From an uncultured Spirochaetota bacterium (lineage in GTDB: Bacteria; Spirochaetota; Spirochaetia; SZUA-6; CAVTHK01), in NCBI GenBank assembly GCA_963734495.1, contig CAVTHK010000011.1, positions 608,001 through 672,000 on the forward strand: DNA of 64,000 nucleotides, written 5' to 3'. Within the stretch, counting starts at the first letter, position 1; each line of letters opens with the position of its first letter. Of this stretch, positions 10,620-18,399 are shown one piece after another. The notes beneath the pieces are model-generated. The model did not search any database and had not been told where the DNA came from. It was given only the letters and a program-made list of their open reading frames with translations. Both the position numbers and the translations under genes were made by a program.

Positions 10620-10946
10620 CTAGCCCCTGGGACCCTTGAAAGTGATCGTGCCCGCCTTCCTCATGCCCTCCATTGCTTCGGAGATGGAGAGAAGCACCGT
10701 CGTCTTGATCGAGCGCAGGTGCCCCGGAGCCACAGCCGCAAGAACGCCTGCCGCCTGGCCGATGTTGTCGAGGCCCTCGGTGATCGTCAGGGCGTCGTAT
10801 TCGCCGAAGCAGAAGTACATGCCGATGAGCCGGCCTCCCGCGGCTTCGACCAGAGCCTTGACGGCTGTGCTTCGGTCTTCGGGTTTCCTGGTCATCGCGG
10901 CCCAGGCCTCGGGCGTGTACGAGAACTGCGTCATGTAGAACGGCAT
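10620..10946 (-). CDS. GYD domain-containing protein
   Basis: YMTQFSYTPEAW..PEDR..VEAAGGRL..MYFCFGEYD; SD GGAGG. Confidence 0.88.
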   Translation of the reverse strand: MPFYMTQFSYTPEAWAAMTRKPEDRSTAVKALVEAAGGRLIGMYFCFGEYDALTITEGLDNIGQAAGVLAAVAPGHLRSIKTTVLLSISEAMEGMRKAGTITFKGPRG

Positions 10947-11030
10947 GGTCCCTCCTCCTCGGTGCCGCACCCTCTCGGCGCCTCGCCGCTGCGTCGAATG
11001 CGGGGCGCTTCGGGCGACGGCTAATCATCG

Positions 11031-11185
11031 AGTCTACGAACCAGGCCTTCCCCGCGATAGGGATACGGCAGCAAAATGTCCGCCACCGTCGGACTATTGC
11101 CCTCCGCCGTCCATTCCGACGGCCCGCCAGGGCGTGGCGGCCCTGCCATTGACGGTGCGGGACCTATCATTGACGGTGCGGGACA
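11031..11185. promoter_or_regulatory. Divergent pairs of 21-bp-periodic GACGG-N4-GG(A/G)C(A/C) sites
   Basis: Minus strand 11098-11111 and 11077-11090 with TAGACT at 11031-11036; plus strand 11151-11164 and 11172-11185. Confidence 0.6.
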
Positions 11186-11213
11186 CGATTCCTGTCGCGG
11201 TCCCTCCGCGGCT

Positions 11214-11385
11214 GCTCGCTACATGATGCAGTGGTCTTTGACGACCGAAGGGTGGGCCGCCCTCGTGCGGAACCCTGAGGATCGCAGCGTGCCCTCGAGG
11301 GCGCTGGTCGAGAGCCTGGGCGGAAAGTTGCTCGGCCTGTACTATACCTTCGGCGAGTACGAACGGCTTCTCGCGCGGGACAACT
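11214..11385 (+). pseudogene. Truncated GYD-domain paralog
   Basis: ARYMMQWSLTTEGWAALVRNPEDR..LVESLGGKLLGLYYTFGEYE aligns to the N-half of 10620..10946; homology stops just before the comB stop; no SD. Confidence 0.7.
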
Positions 11386-11403
11386 TTCCGCACAGCGTGG
11401 GAG

Positions 11404-12123
11404 CTATCCCACGAATGCCGTATTTCCGCCCGCGTCCTTCACGTAACACGGAACGGTTGTGCTCGCGTCGCACTCGATGCAATAGGGAATATCCGCTCGC
11501 AGGCCCCGGCGGATGAGGGTGCGCACGTGGCTGCAAGTCCGCTCGTTCACGACCTCAGCAACCGGCCGCTGCGCGAGGAGGGCGGCAGACCACGCCAGGT
11601 CGCTCAAGGCGTAGCCGCGCGACGCGAGGCCCCGCGCGATGAGGCCGGCACAGTAGAAGTCCTCGATCGTGAACGCGCCCTCGGTGCCCGCGCACAAGAG
11701 GGCGACGGGGCCCTCGCTCGAGGCGAGGTTGCCGGCCACCGCCGCGGCGTTGCGCAGGCAAGCGGCAACGATCGATGCGGCCGGCTCTGCCCGCTGTACG
11801 GCCAGCGTGCCGTTCGTGGTCGTGAGGACGACGATGCGGCCCGCCAGATCGGCGCCGGAGAGCTCGACCGGCGAGTTGCCGTAGTCGAATCCCTCGGGAG
11901 CAAAACCGCCCCGCTCGCCGGCGAGCAGCGCGCCCGGCAGCCCTGCCCGCAGGAGGCGCGCCTCCTCGAGCCCGGCCACCGTCAGCACGCGGCTTGCCCC
12001 GCGCTCCAGCGCCGTGAGTATGACAGTCGTGGCCCGCAGCACATCGATCACGGCCACGCGGCGGCCGGCCAGCTCGGCGGCGGTCGCGGACTGCACTGTG
12101 GGCACCAGTATGACGTCGTTCAC
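11404..12123 (-). CDS. comB: 2-phosphosulfolactate phosphatase family (ComB-like)
   Basis: VIDVLRATT, LAGERGG, FDYGNSP, LTTTNGT, LRNA, CAG..F.IED..CAG. Confidence 0.9.
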   Translation of the reverse strand: MNDVILVPTVQSATAAELAGRRVAVIDVLRATTVILTALERGASRVLTVAGLEEARLLRAGLPGALLAGERGGFAPEGFDYGNSPVELSGADLAGRIVVLTTTNGTLAVQRAEPAASIVAACLRNAAAVAGNLASSEGPVALLCAGTEGAFTIEDFYCAGLIARGLASRGYALSDLAWSAALLAQRPVAEVVNERTCSHVRTLIRRGLRADIPYCIECDASTTVPCYVKDAGGNTAFVG

Positions 12124-12129
12124 GAGGCC

Positions 12130-13221
12130 TTACCTTGCTTCCGGCCCGTTGGGCTCGATGACCACTTTGACGGCTCCTTCGAGTCGTTTCTCGAATGTCT
12201 CGAGGGCGCGCGGGAACTCCACCAGCGGGAAGACGTGAGTGATCAGGTCCTTCACTGCCAGCTTGCCGGAGGAGATCAGGGAAATGATCTTCCGCGCCGC
12301 GTTGGGATTGGCCTTGATCCCGAAGATGGCGACTTCGTTGCGGCAGAGATACTTGAAAGGTATCTTCTCCAGGACGCTTTCCTGCGGTGTTCCCAGCAGG
12401 CCGATCTGTCCGCCGGGCCTGACCATGCGGATGGCCTGGTTCAGCGTCCCCTCGGCGCCCGATGCTTCGAACACCTGGTCCGGACCGACGCCCGACGTCG
12501 CCTCGCGAACCGCCTGAACGGGGTCCTGCTTCTCGAAGTCCACGAGCACGTCCGCGACGAGCCGTCCGGCCGCTTCCAGCCTGGCGCGGCGCCCGACGGC
12601 CACGATTCTCGAGGCCCCGAGGCTCTTGGCAACGCGCATCGCGAGAATCCCGATCGGTCCGGGGCCTATGACGGCGACCGTTCCGCCCGGGGTGATCTTC
12701 ATCAAGTCCGCGGCGTGCATCGCGGGTCCGGCGGTATCCACCAGCGCGCCCTCGAGGAAGGACACGTTGTCGGGCAGCTTGTGGATGCTCTTGATGGAAT
12801 ACGCGTTGTACTGCGCGTAGGCGCCCTGGTTGCGAAATCCGTAGTGGCGCGCCCCGGCTTCGTTCCTGCCGTAGTTCTGACACAGGTTGTAGCGACCCTC
12901 GCGGCAGCTGTAGCAGTTCCCGCAGCCCTTCCAGGCTTCGCCGGCCACTCGGTCTCCCGGCTTGAACTCCGTGACTCCCTCGCCGACCGCCGCGACCTCG
13001 CCGGCCCATTCGTGACCCGGGGTAAAGGGGTAGGCGGGCGGCCAGAATCCGGCCTGGCCGCCATGAACGATCTCCGGATCGCTTCCGCATATGGCTACGG
13101 CCCTGATCCTGCAGAGCACCTCGAAAGACGCCGGAGCGGGGACCGGCACATCTCTGATCTCGAAGGCTCCTGCCGAAGGCAGGACGAGGGCCTTCATCCT
13201 CTGGGGTATGGGTGCGTCCAT
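12130..13221 (-). CDS. Zn-dependent MDR alcohol/polyol dehydrogenase (sorbitol/threonine dehydrogenase-like)
   Basis: ICGSD, GHEW, CGNCYSC..NLC, GPGPIG. Confidence 0.92.
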   Translation of the reverse strand: MDAPIPQRMKALVLPSAGAFEIRDVPVPAPASFEVLCRIRAVAICGSDPEIVHGGQAGFWPPAYPFTPGHEWAGEVAAVGEGVTEFKPGDRVAGEAWKGCGNCYSCREGRYNLCQNYGRNEAGARHYGFRNQGAYAQYNAYSIKSIHKLPDNVSFLEGALVDTAGPAMHAADLMKITPGGTVAVIGPGPIGILAMRVAKSLGASRIVAVGRRARLEAAGRLVADVLVDFEKQDPVQAVREATSGVGPDQVFEASGAEGTLNQAIRMVRPGGQIGLLGTPQESVLEKIPFKYLCRNEVAIFGIKANPNAARKIISLISSGKLAVKDLITHVFPLVEFPRALETFEKRLEGAVKVVIEPNGPEAR

Positions 13222-13270
13222 TCGCTCAACTCCTTTGCGGTTCGCGCCGTCCCTCCGCGGGGGTCCCGGC

Positions 13271-13555
13271 CTATGCATCCTCGTGCTCGTCGAGCACGCC
13301 CTTCAGCGCTTCCAGGGCGTACGCCATGTGCCGTCGCATGGCCCTTCGGGCCCCATGGGCGTCTCGCTGCCTGAGGCATTTGACGATCGCACTGTGGACT
13401 ACGTGTTCGCGCGCGATCACGGCTTCCCCCACTCCGGCTTCGTTGTCGCCGAGAGCACGAGCGGACGGCTGAGCTGCCGGGATTGGTGCGGAGTCGCGCC
13501 GCCGGCCGGGATGGGCGTGTGAGACTGATCGCGGCGCGGGCGCTGCCGGGCTCAT
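13271..13555 (-). pseudogene. GntR/FadR FCD-domain C-terminal remnant (94 aa ORF, no HTH)
   Basis: HSAIVKCLRQRDAHGARRAMRRHM matches the FCD C-terminal helix pair; ATGA overlap with the upstream gene. Confidence 0.55.
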
Positions 13556-15093
13556 GGGGTGAGGTCGCGATACCCGGGCGCCTTGAGGGGACGATCGGTC
13601 TCCTTCCGGAGAACCTCGCGGAGCGCCGATCGCATTCCGGCGGTTCGTATCGCGGCGAGACTGCCGGCAACCGCCTTCTTCAGACCTTTCTGCTCGGCGA
13701 CCTCCGGCGGGAAGACCGCGCCGACGTTGAAGAAAGGATCCACGCTGCCGCGGGAATTCCGTGCTGCGCGCTGAAGGACCTCGCCCAGGGGGTCGTCGAT
13801 GACGATCGGCTTGCCGTCCTCACCGACGCCCTCGAGAAAACGGATCCATGCTGCCAGGCCGAACGCCGCGAACAGGCACCTGCCGCCCTTTTGGAGAATC
13901 TCGGCGATGGGCTCGAGGATCATGTTCGGGATCTTCTTCGATCCGTCCTGCGCGAGGCGGAGCACCTGGTCCGCGATCGCGGGATTGGAGAAACGGTCGA
14001 TGAGCGACTCCTTGTACTCCTCGAGGTCCATTCCCGGGACAGCCCCGACGGTCGGGGTGACTTCGTCCATGTAGCGGCGGACCAGGTCACGAACATCGTC
14101 GTCTGCCATGGCAAGATCCACGCGGCGGTGGCCCAGCAGCGCGCTCACGTAGCCGAGCACGGAGTGGCTTCCGTTGAGCAGGCGGATCTTCATGCGCTCA
14201 AAGGGGACCACGTCGGCGACGAACGTCGCGCCGGCGATGGCCCAGTCCGGACGCCCGGCGGGGAACCGATCCTCGATGACCCACTGGCGGAACCGCTCGC
14301 AGAACACGGGCCACCGGTCCTCGATCCCGAAGCTCGACCTGAGGAGGGCGCGTTGCTCGTCCGTGGTGATCGGCGTGATGCGATCCACCATGCAGTTGGG
14401 GAACTGCACCTTGTCCTCCACGAACCTCCGCTGCTCCGGATCGGCCTGCTGCAGGAACTGGAGGAGGAGCTTTCTCAGCCGGTCGCCGTTCTGCGGCAGA
14501 TTGTCGCAGGAGAGGACCGTCGGCGGCCGCGTGCCATTCCTGCGGACCTCGGCCAGCGCCGCCGCGAGGTACCCGTAGATCGTCCGCGGAGCGCCCGCGC
14601 CCGCGAGGTCGTTGCGCACGGCCGCGTTGTCGAGATCGAGGTCGACGCTCTCGGCACGGTAGCAATAGCCGTTCTCGGTGATGGTCATGGAGATGATGCG
14701 AGTCGATTCGTCCGCCATGGCCCGGATGAGCCCGGATGGGTCCTCGGTTCCCAGGAGATAGTCGACGATCGACCCGACGACGCGCTTGTCCTCGCCATGC
14801 CGGTCGCGGGCGACCACCGTGTAGAGGTAGTCCTGCGGCGACAGCGCGTCCTTCATGCGCGCGTCGCCGGCCGTGATGCCGGCTCCCCGGATGCCCCAGT
14901 GGAGGTCGCCGGCTGCCAGCACGTCGTCGGTGTAGACCGCCTGGTGGGCGCGGTGGAATCCGCCAACACCGAAGTGCACGATCGCCGGCTCGACGCGGGC
15001 CCTGTCGTACGCGGGAACCGCAAAGTCGCGCGGCAGGTTCCTGAGCGCACTGCTCTTTAGCGGCACTGGGGCTCTCTCTGACGGATGGCTCAC
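13552..15093 (-). CDS. Mannitol dehydrogenase family (mannitol 2-DH / mannonate oxidoreductase)
   Basis: IVHFGVGGFHRAHQA, TITENGY, LSCDNL, FPNCMVDRITP, KIRLLNGSH, RFSNP, DGSKK. Confidence 0.93.
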   Translation of the reverse strand: MSHPSERAPVPLKSSALRNLPRDFAVPAYDRARVEPAIVHFGVGGFHRAHQAVYTDDVLAAGDLHWGIRGAGITAGDARMKDALSPQDYLYTVVARDRHGEDKRVVGSIVDYLLGTEDPSGLIRAMADESTRIISMTITENGYCYRAESVDLDLDNAAVRNDLAGAGAPRTIYGYLAAALAEVRRNGTRPPTVLSCDNLPQNGDRLRKLLLQFLQQADPEQRRFVEDKVQFPNCMVDRITPITTDEQRALLRSSFGIEDRWPVFCERFRQWVIEDRFPAGRPDWAIAGATFVADVVPFERMKIRLLNGSHSVLGYVSALLGHRRVDLAMADDDVRDLVRRYMDEVTPTVGAVPGMDLEEYKESLIDRFSNPAIADQVLRLAQDGSKKIPNMILEPIAEILQKGGRCLFAAFGLAAWIRFLEGVGEDGKPIVIDDPLGEVLQRAARNSRGSVDPFFNVGAVFPPEVAEQKGLKKAVAGSLAAIRTAGMRSALREVLRKETDRPLKAPGYRDLTP

Positions 15094-15276
15094 GGGCTGT
15101 GCTCCTTTCGCGCGTTTGTCTCTTGCGGGTGCTACCCCTTGACGGCGCCGAGGGTCAATCCCTTGACGAGAGACCTCCGCGTCATCCGGCATGATAGCAG
15201 GAACGACGGCAAAGGTGGAGGATGCGGAGAGCTGCGCCGTGTGCCTGGGGCCGTCGAGCCGCGGCGTGCGTGGTCT

Positions 15277-16311
15277 TCAGCGCGGGACGTGCGTCCTGGC
15301 CCACGCCCGAGGGCTCGCTCCGAATCGTTCGCCGAATGCGCGCGCAAAGTGGCTCAGGCTGGCGTAGCCGACCGACCAGGCTGCTTCCTTGACGCTGGCC
15401 CGTTCGTCGCGGAGCAGCGCGGACGCGCGGTCGAGCCGCAGATTCCGCAGGTGCTGGAACACCGTCTCCCCAAAAAGCTCGTGGAATCCACGCTTGAGCA
15501 AGGTGGTGCTCAGCGCCACTTCGCGCGACAACTCCCGCAGCGATGGAGGCGCCGCCATGCGCGTTGTGATCACGGCCCTGGCTTCGTGCAGCCGTTCGAT
15601 CTGGCGGCGGCTCAGAGCCGTCCTGGCCGGGGGCTGGATCTCGGAGAGCTGGGCCAGCCGCAACGCGAGCAGCTCCAGAATCTTGCCTTCGAGGTAGAGC
15701 TTCTTGAGGCTCCCGTGGAAGGGCGAATCGTCGATGCGCTCCACGATGGCTCGCATCTCCAGGGTCATCCTGCTGGTGTGGCAGGCGGGCGGCCCTCCCT
15801 CTCCCGCGAGCGCAACGATCTGGTGCAGCGAGTCACCGGCCTGCAGGTCCTCAGCGAGTGCCACGAGGACTTGTCGCAGGAGAAAGAGATTCAGCATCCG
15901 GACGCGGCAAAACGGCGAATACGTCAAGGTCATGGGAGCAGGGACCGAGACCACATGGGAATCCCCGAATCGGGTCAGCCGTTTCTCCCCGTCCAGAGTC
16001 CGGATCAAAGGGGTCTGGGACAGGTTGAATGCCACATAGACCATGTCCGGGCTGTGCCCCGTCGCGATGGTTTCGTCGGGTCCGCCGTCGAGGTAGGAAC
16101 AGACGTAGAGCAGCCCCTCGCCAAGCAGCACGGAACGCTGCAGCCCGCTGCCTACCTGCGGGGGGCGCACCAGGATCGTTTCGAAGGTGTCAGCCGGGAA
16201 GAGGCGGACGGAGAGTGGTGCACAGCCCGTCTGGCGGTACTCCCCGCGTATCGCGTCCTGCGGGCGAAGCTGCAGCCGCGCCTCCTTTGGATCACCATCG
16301 CGGCTGTCCAT
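15277..16311 (-). CDS. AraC family transcriptional regulator (PchR-like)
   Basis: KLYLEGKILELL; PPSLRELSREV..LKRGFHELFG; VKEAAWSVGYASLSHFARAF. Confidence 0.9.
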   Translation of the reverse strand: MDSRDGDPKEARLQLRPQDAIRGEYRQTGCAPLSVRLFPADTFETILVRPPQVGSGLQRSVLLGEGLLYVCSYLDGGPDETIATGHSPDMVYVAFNLSQTPLIRTLDGEKRLTRFGDSHVVSVPAPMTLTYSPFCRVRMLNLFLLRQVLVALAEDLQAGDSLHQIVALAGEGGPPACHTSRMTLEMRAIVERIDDSPFHGSLKKLYLEGKILELLALRLAQLSEIQPPARTALSRRQIERLHEARAVITTRMAAPPSLRELSREVALSTTLLKRGFHELFGETVFQHLRNLRLDRASALLRDERASVKEAAWSVGYASLSHFARAFGERFGASPRAWARTHVPR

Positions 16312-16697
16312 CGGGCACGCGGGCCTCCTCGCGCACGACGCTCTCCGCAGTGCACGCTCTATCGGCCGCCGACGAAACCCGAGTCGTCCGGCTGCCCGGC
16401 GGCGCGCTACGCGGCAGCGCCTCTTGGGGGTCTACGCAACATCTTCGTGGAAACTGGCGCAGGTTGCAAGAGGCGCGCCGGGCCCGGCGCCTCGATGTGC
16501 GCGCGGTGACGTCGAGGCTGCGATCGACGTCCGCGCTGGCGAGCCGGCCCAGGCGCGTTCATGGACGCGCGGTTCGCACCGATGGCTCATCACGAAGCTC
16601 TGTCAATTCGATGCCAACGACACGAGCAATCCCGATCATCTGCGTTGTGCGCGTCGCGGACAGTGATGTTTTCGTGATCGGGTGATTTGATGCTCGC

Positions 16698-17096
16698 TCA
16701 CGCCAACCGAATGCCAACCTGGCAGCCGGTAAACGAATTGCTCGCCATGATATTGCGGCCCACGTGGAGGCCTGCAACATCGTCAAAGATGTTCAACCCG
16801 AGCGGGCGGAGGTCCAGTTTGATGTGAAGCGTGTGTTCGTCGATCCGCGTTGCTAGAAGAATCGCCTGGTCGCAAACCAGCACCGTCTTCCCCGTGTCCG
16901 AGGCGATCAGGCGACAGTCATCGCCAACTACGTCTTTACCCTCGACGCGAACAGCTCGTATCTTTTCGCCCAATCCAGTTGTGTCGAGTTGGAGACTCGA
17001 CAGCCCAGCCTCGGCTCTTAGAACGGGGTGTTCATGCCACGCGATCAGAATCCGGCAGTTCTCAAATCGGTTGAGACCCATGAGTACCGTGTTCAT
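16698..17096 (-). CDS. Hypothetical beta-rich protein, third gene of toxin islet
   Basis: 132 aa; SD GGAGG; ATGA overlap with the upstream gene; lower GC. Confidence 0.7.
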   Translation of the reverse strand: MNTVLMGLNRFENCRILIAWHEHPVLRAEAGLSSLQLDTTGLGEKIRAVRVEGKDVVGDDCRLIASDTGKTVLVCDQAILLATRIDEHTLHIKLDLRPLGLNIFDDVAGLHVGRNIMASNSFTGCQVGIRLA

Positions 17097-17395
17097 GCAG
17101 CCTCCAACCGCCAGTCCTTTACGATCCACTCCTCGTGGCGTTCCTGGTAAGGCGCCGTCGGGGGAGGCGCCTCCGAAAAAGCGACATCAGAAATTGGAAT
17201 GGTCACAGGATAGAGGGTTGCGATCGACACGAACCCTCGGTTGTTGAGGAGGTCATGCTCCTCGTCACTGAGTCGATACCAGATCGAGTCCATGAGATCC
17301 CGCAGTGAATCGGCGAAAGGCTCGTCTCCGCCTTCGTCTGCCTCCATCATGATTCGCTCAAGGCTCAGGTAGCGATCGATGGGGTCATAGGCCAT
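17093..17395 (-). CDS. Putative immunity/antitoxin protein (acidic, helical N-half)
   Basis: 100 aa; SD GGAG; overlaps the toxin 3' end by 31 nt; ADSLRDLMDSIWYRLSDEE. Confidence 0.65.
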   Translation of the reverse strand: MAYDPIDRYLSLERIMMEADEGGDEPFADSLRDLMDSIWYRLSDEEHDLLNNRGFVSIATLYPVTIPISDVAFSEAPPPTAPYQERHEEWIVKDWRLEAA

Positions 17396-17793
17396 ATCTT
17401 TCTCCAATCGTCTCTCGTCGAACCGAGGGTGCCCTCGTATTGCATCAAAGGCATGACATGGGCGGGCTCGACGAACGCATGTTTTGTGGCCAGCCTCGGA
17501 TCTGGACGCAGCGTCAGGTCTCCCATGCTCACTCGAACCTTGGCGATGGCGTACATTCCAAGGCCGTCGGGCCCCGTGGAACCGTGTCCCATCGCCTTTG
17601 GGCGCCGGTGGTTCGGGACATTCAGGGCAGAGTCCGGGGAAACCGACATGCCGCCGGTGCCAGGATGCACATCGCCAACTGCATCCGGCTCGATGTCAGC
17701 AGGCACCCGAACGCCCAGGGAGTTCGCGGATCGGCCGAGCTGAGGCTTCCCGCCGTCGCCGGGAACCATGCCGCGAAACACCAAATCCTCCAT
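17365..17793 (-). CDS. Stand-alone Tse2-like ADP-ribosyltransferase-fold toxin
   Basis: FRGM..LGVR..DI..VHPGTGGMSVSP..PNHRRP..LRPDP..HAFVEP..M...Y...L.STR..W pattern; R7/S50/H105 fit an R-S-H ART triad. Confidence 0.7.
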   Translation of the reverse strand: MEDLVFRGMVPGDGGKPQLGRSANSLGVRVPADIEPDAVGDVHPGTGGMSVSPDSALNVPNHRRPKAMGHGSTGPDGLGMYAIAKVRVSMGDLTLRPDPRLATKHAFVEPAHVMPLMQYEGTLGSTRDDWRKIWPMTPSIAT

Positions 17794-17799
17794 AAGGTC

Positions 17800-17828
17800 A
17801 GAATACTGCGACGCGCAACGTCAGTCGA
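17800..17828 (-). promoter_or_regulatory. Putative leaderless sigma70 promoter of the toxin operon
   Basis: TCGACT-N17-TATTCT-N6-ATG; no SD. Confidence 0.55.
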
Positions 17829-18399
17829 GGCCCTCTGCGCTGCCCTAGGAGCTCCGAACCTTGATCGATGGCGAAGTTGATCTTGGGTGATTGCGTTGAG
17901 CGCCCGCGACTGGCGCAGGATCGTCTCAGGATTTAACCCACTGAGTCTTTTCCCCGCACAGACCGCGACGTGGCGGGGTTGTGCCACTTGAGTGCCTCGG
18001 TAGTCCTGGGGCGCGTCGGCCAGTTTCGTACTTGACGGCCGACGTCATTCCGGGCGTCTGCGAGGCCCCGCGCAGCAGCCGGCCCGTGCCACTCGAGCGC
18101 CTCGCGCGGGATCGCCACAACGGATGAAGGGTTCGGCCACCTCCCACTGCGGTGGCGGCGGCGCGCGGCGCGTGTGCCGCTGCGGCGGAGGCGGCCGCGC
18201 GGCCGCCAGGCGCGCGAGCGATGCGGAGGGCCCGGCGCGGCCGTAGGCCGTGCCGGGGTCCGAGCCCCGCTTTGGGGGCGAGGACGGAACCCCGGAGCAG
18301 CGCGTCCCCGGGGCCGGTGTCGCCGGGTGCGCCGCAGGCAGAAGCCCCAGCCGCGCACGGCCGCAGCTCCGCGGGGCGCGCCCAGTCCGAGAAAGAGGC

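Noticed and set aside
16412-16480. Inverted repeat GCGCCTCTTG...CAAGAGGCGC as a riboswitch or tRNA-like att site
   Set aside because: No recognisable aptamer or tRNA motifs. It is more simply the araC promoter region.
16590-16660. Possible integron attC site downstream of the toxin islet (minus-strand GCACAAC...GTTGGCA)
   Set aside because: Only about 39 nt long, with poor internal complementarity and no integrase or second site.
17830-18120. Possible transposase or Rhs remnant upstream of the toxin
   Set aside because: No recognisable DDE, YD-repeat or PxxxxDPxG motif in the listed frames, and no terminal inverted repeats seen.
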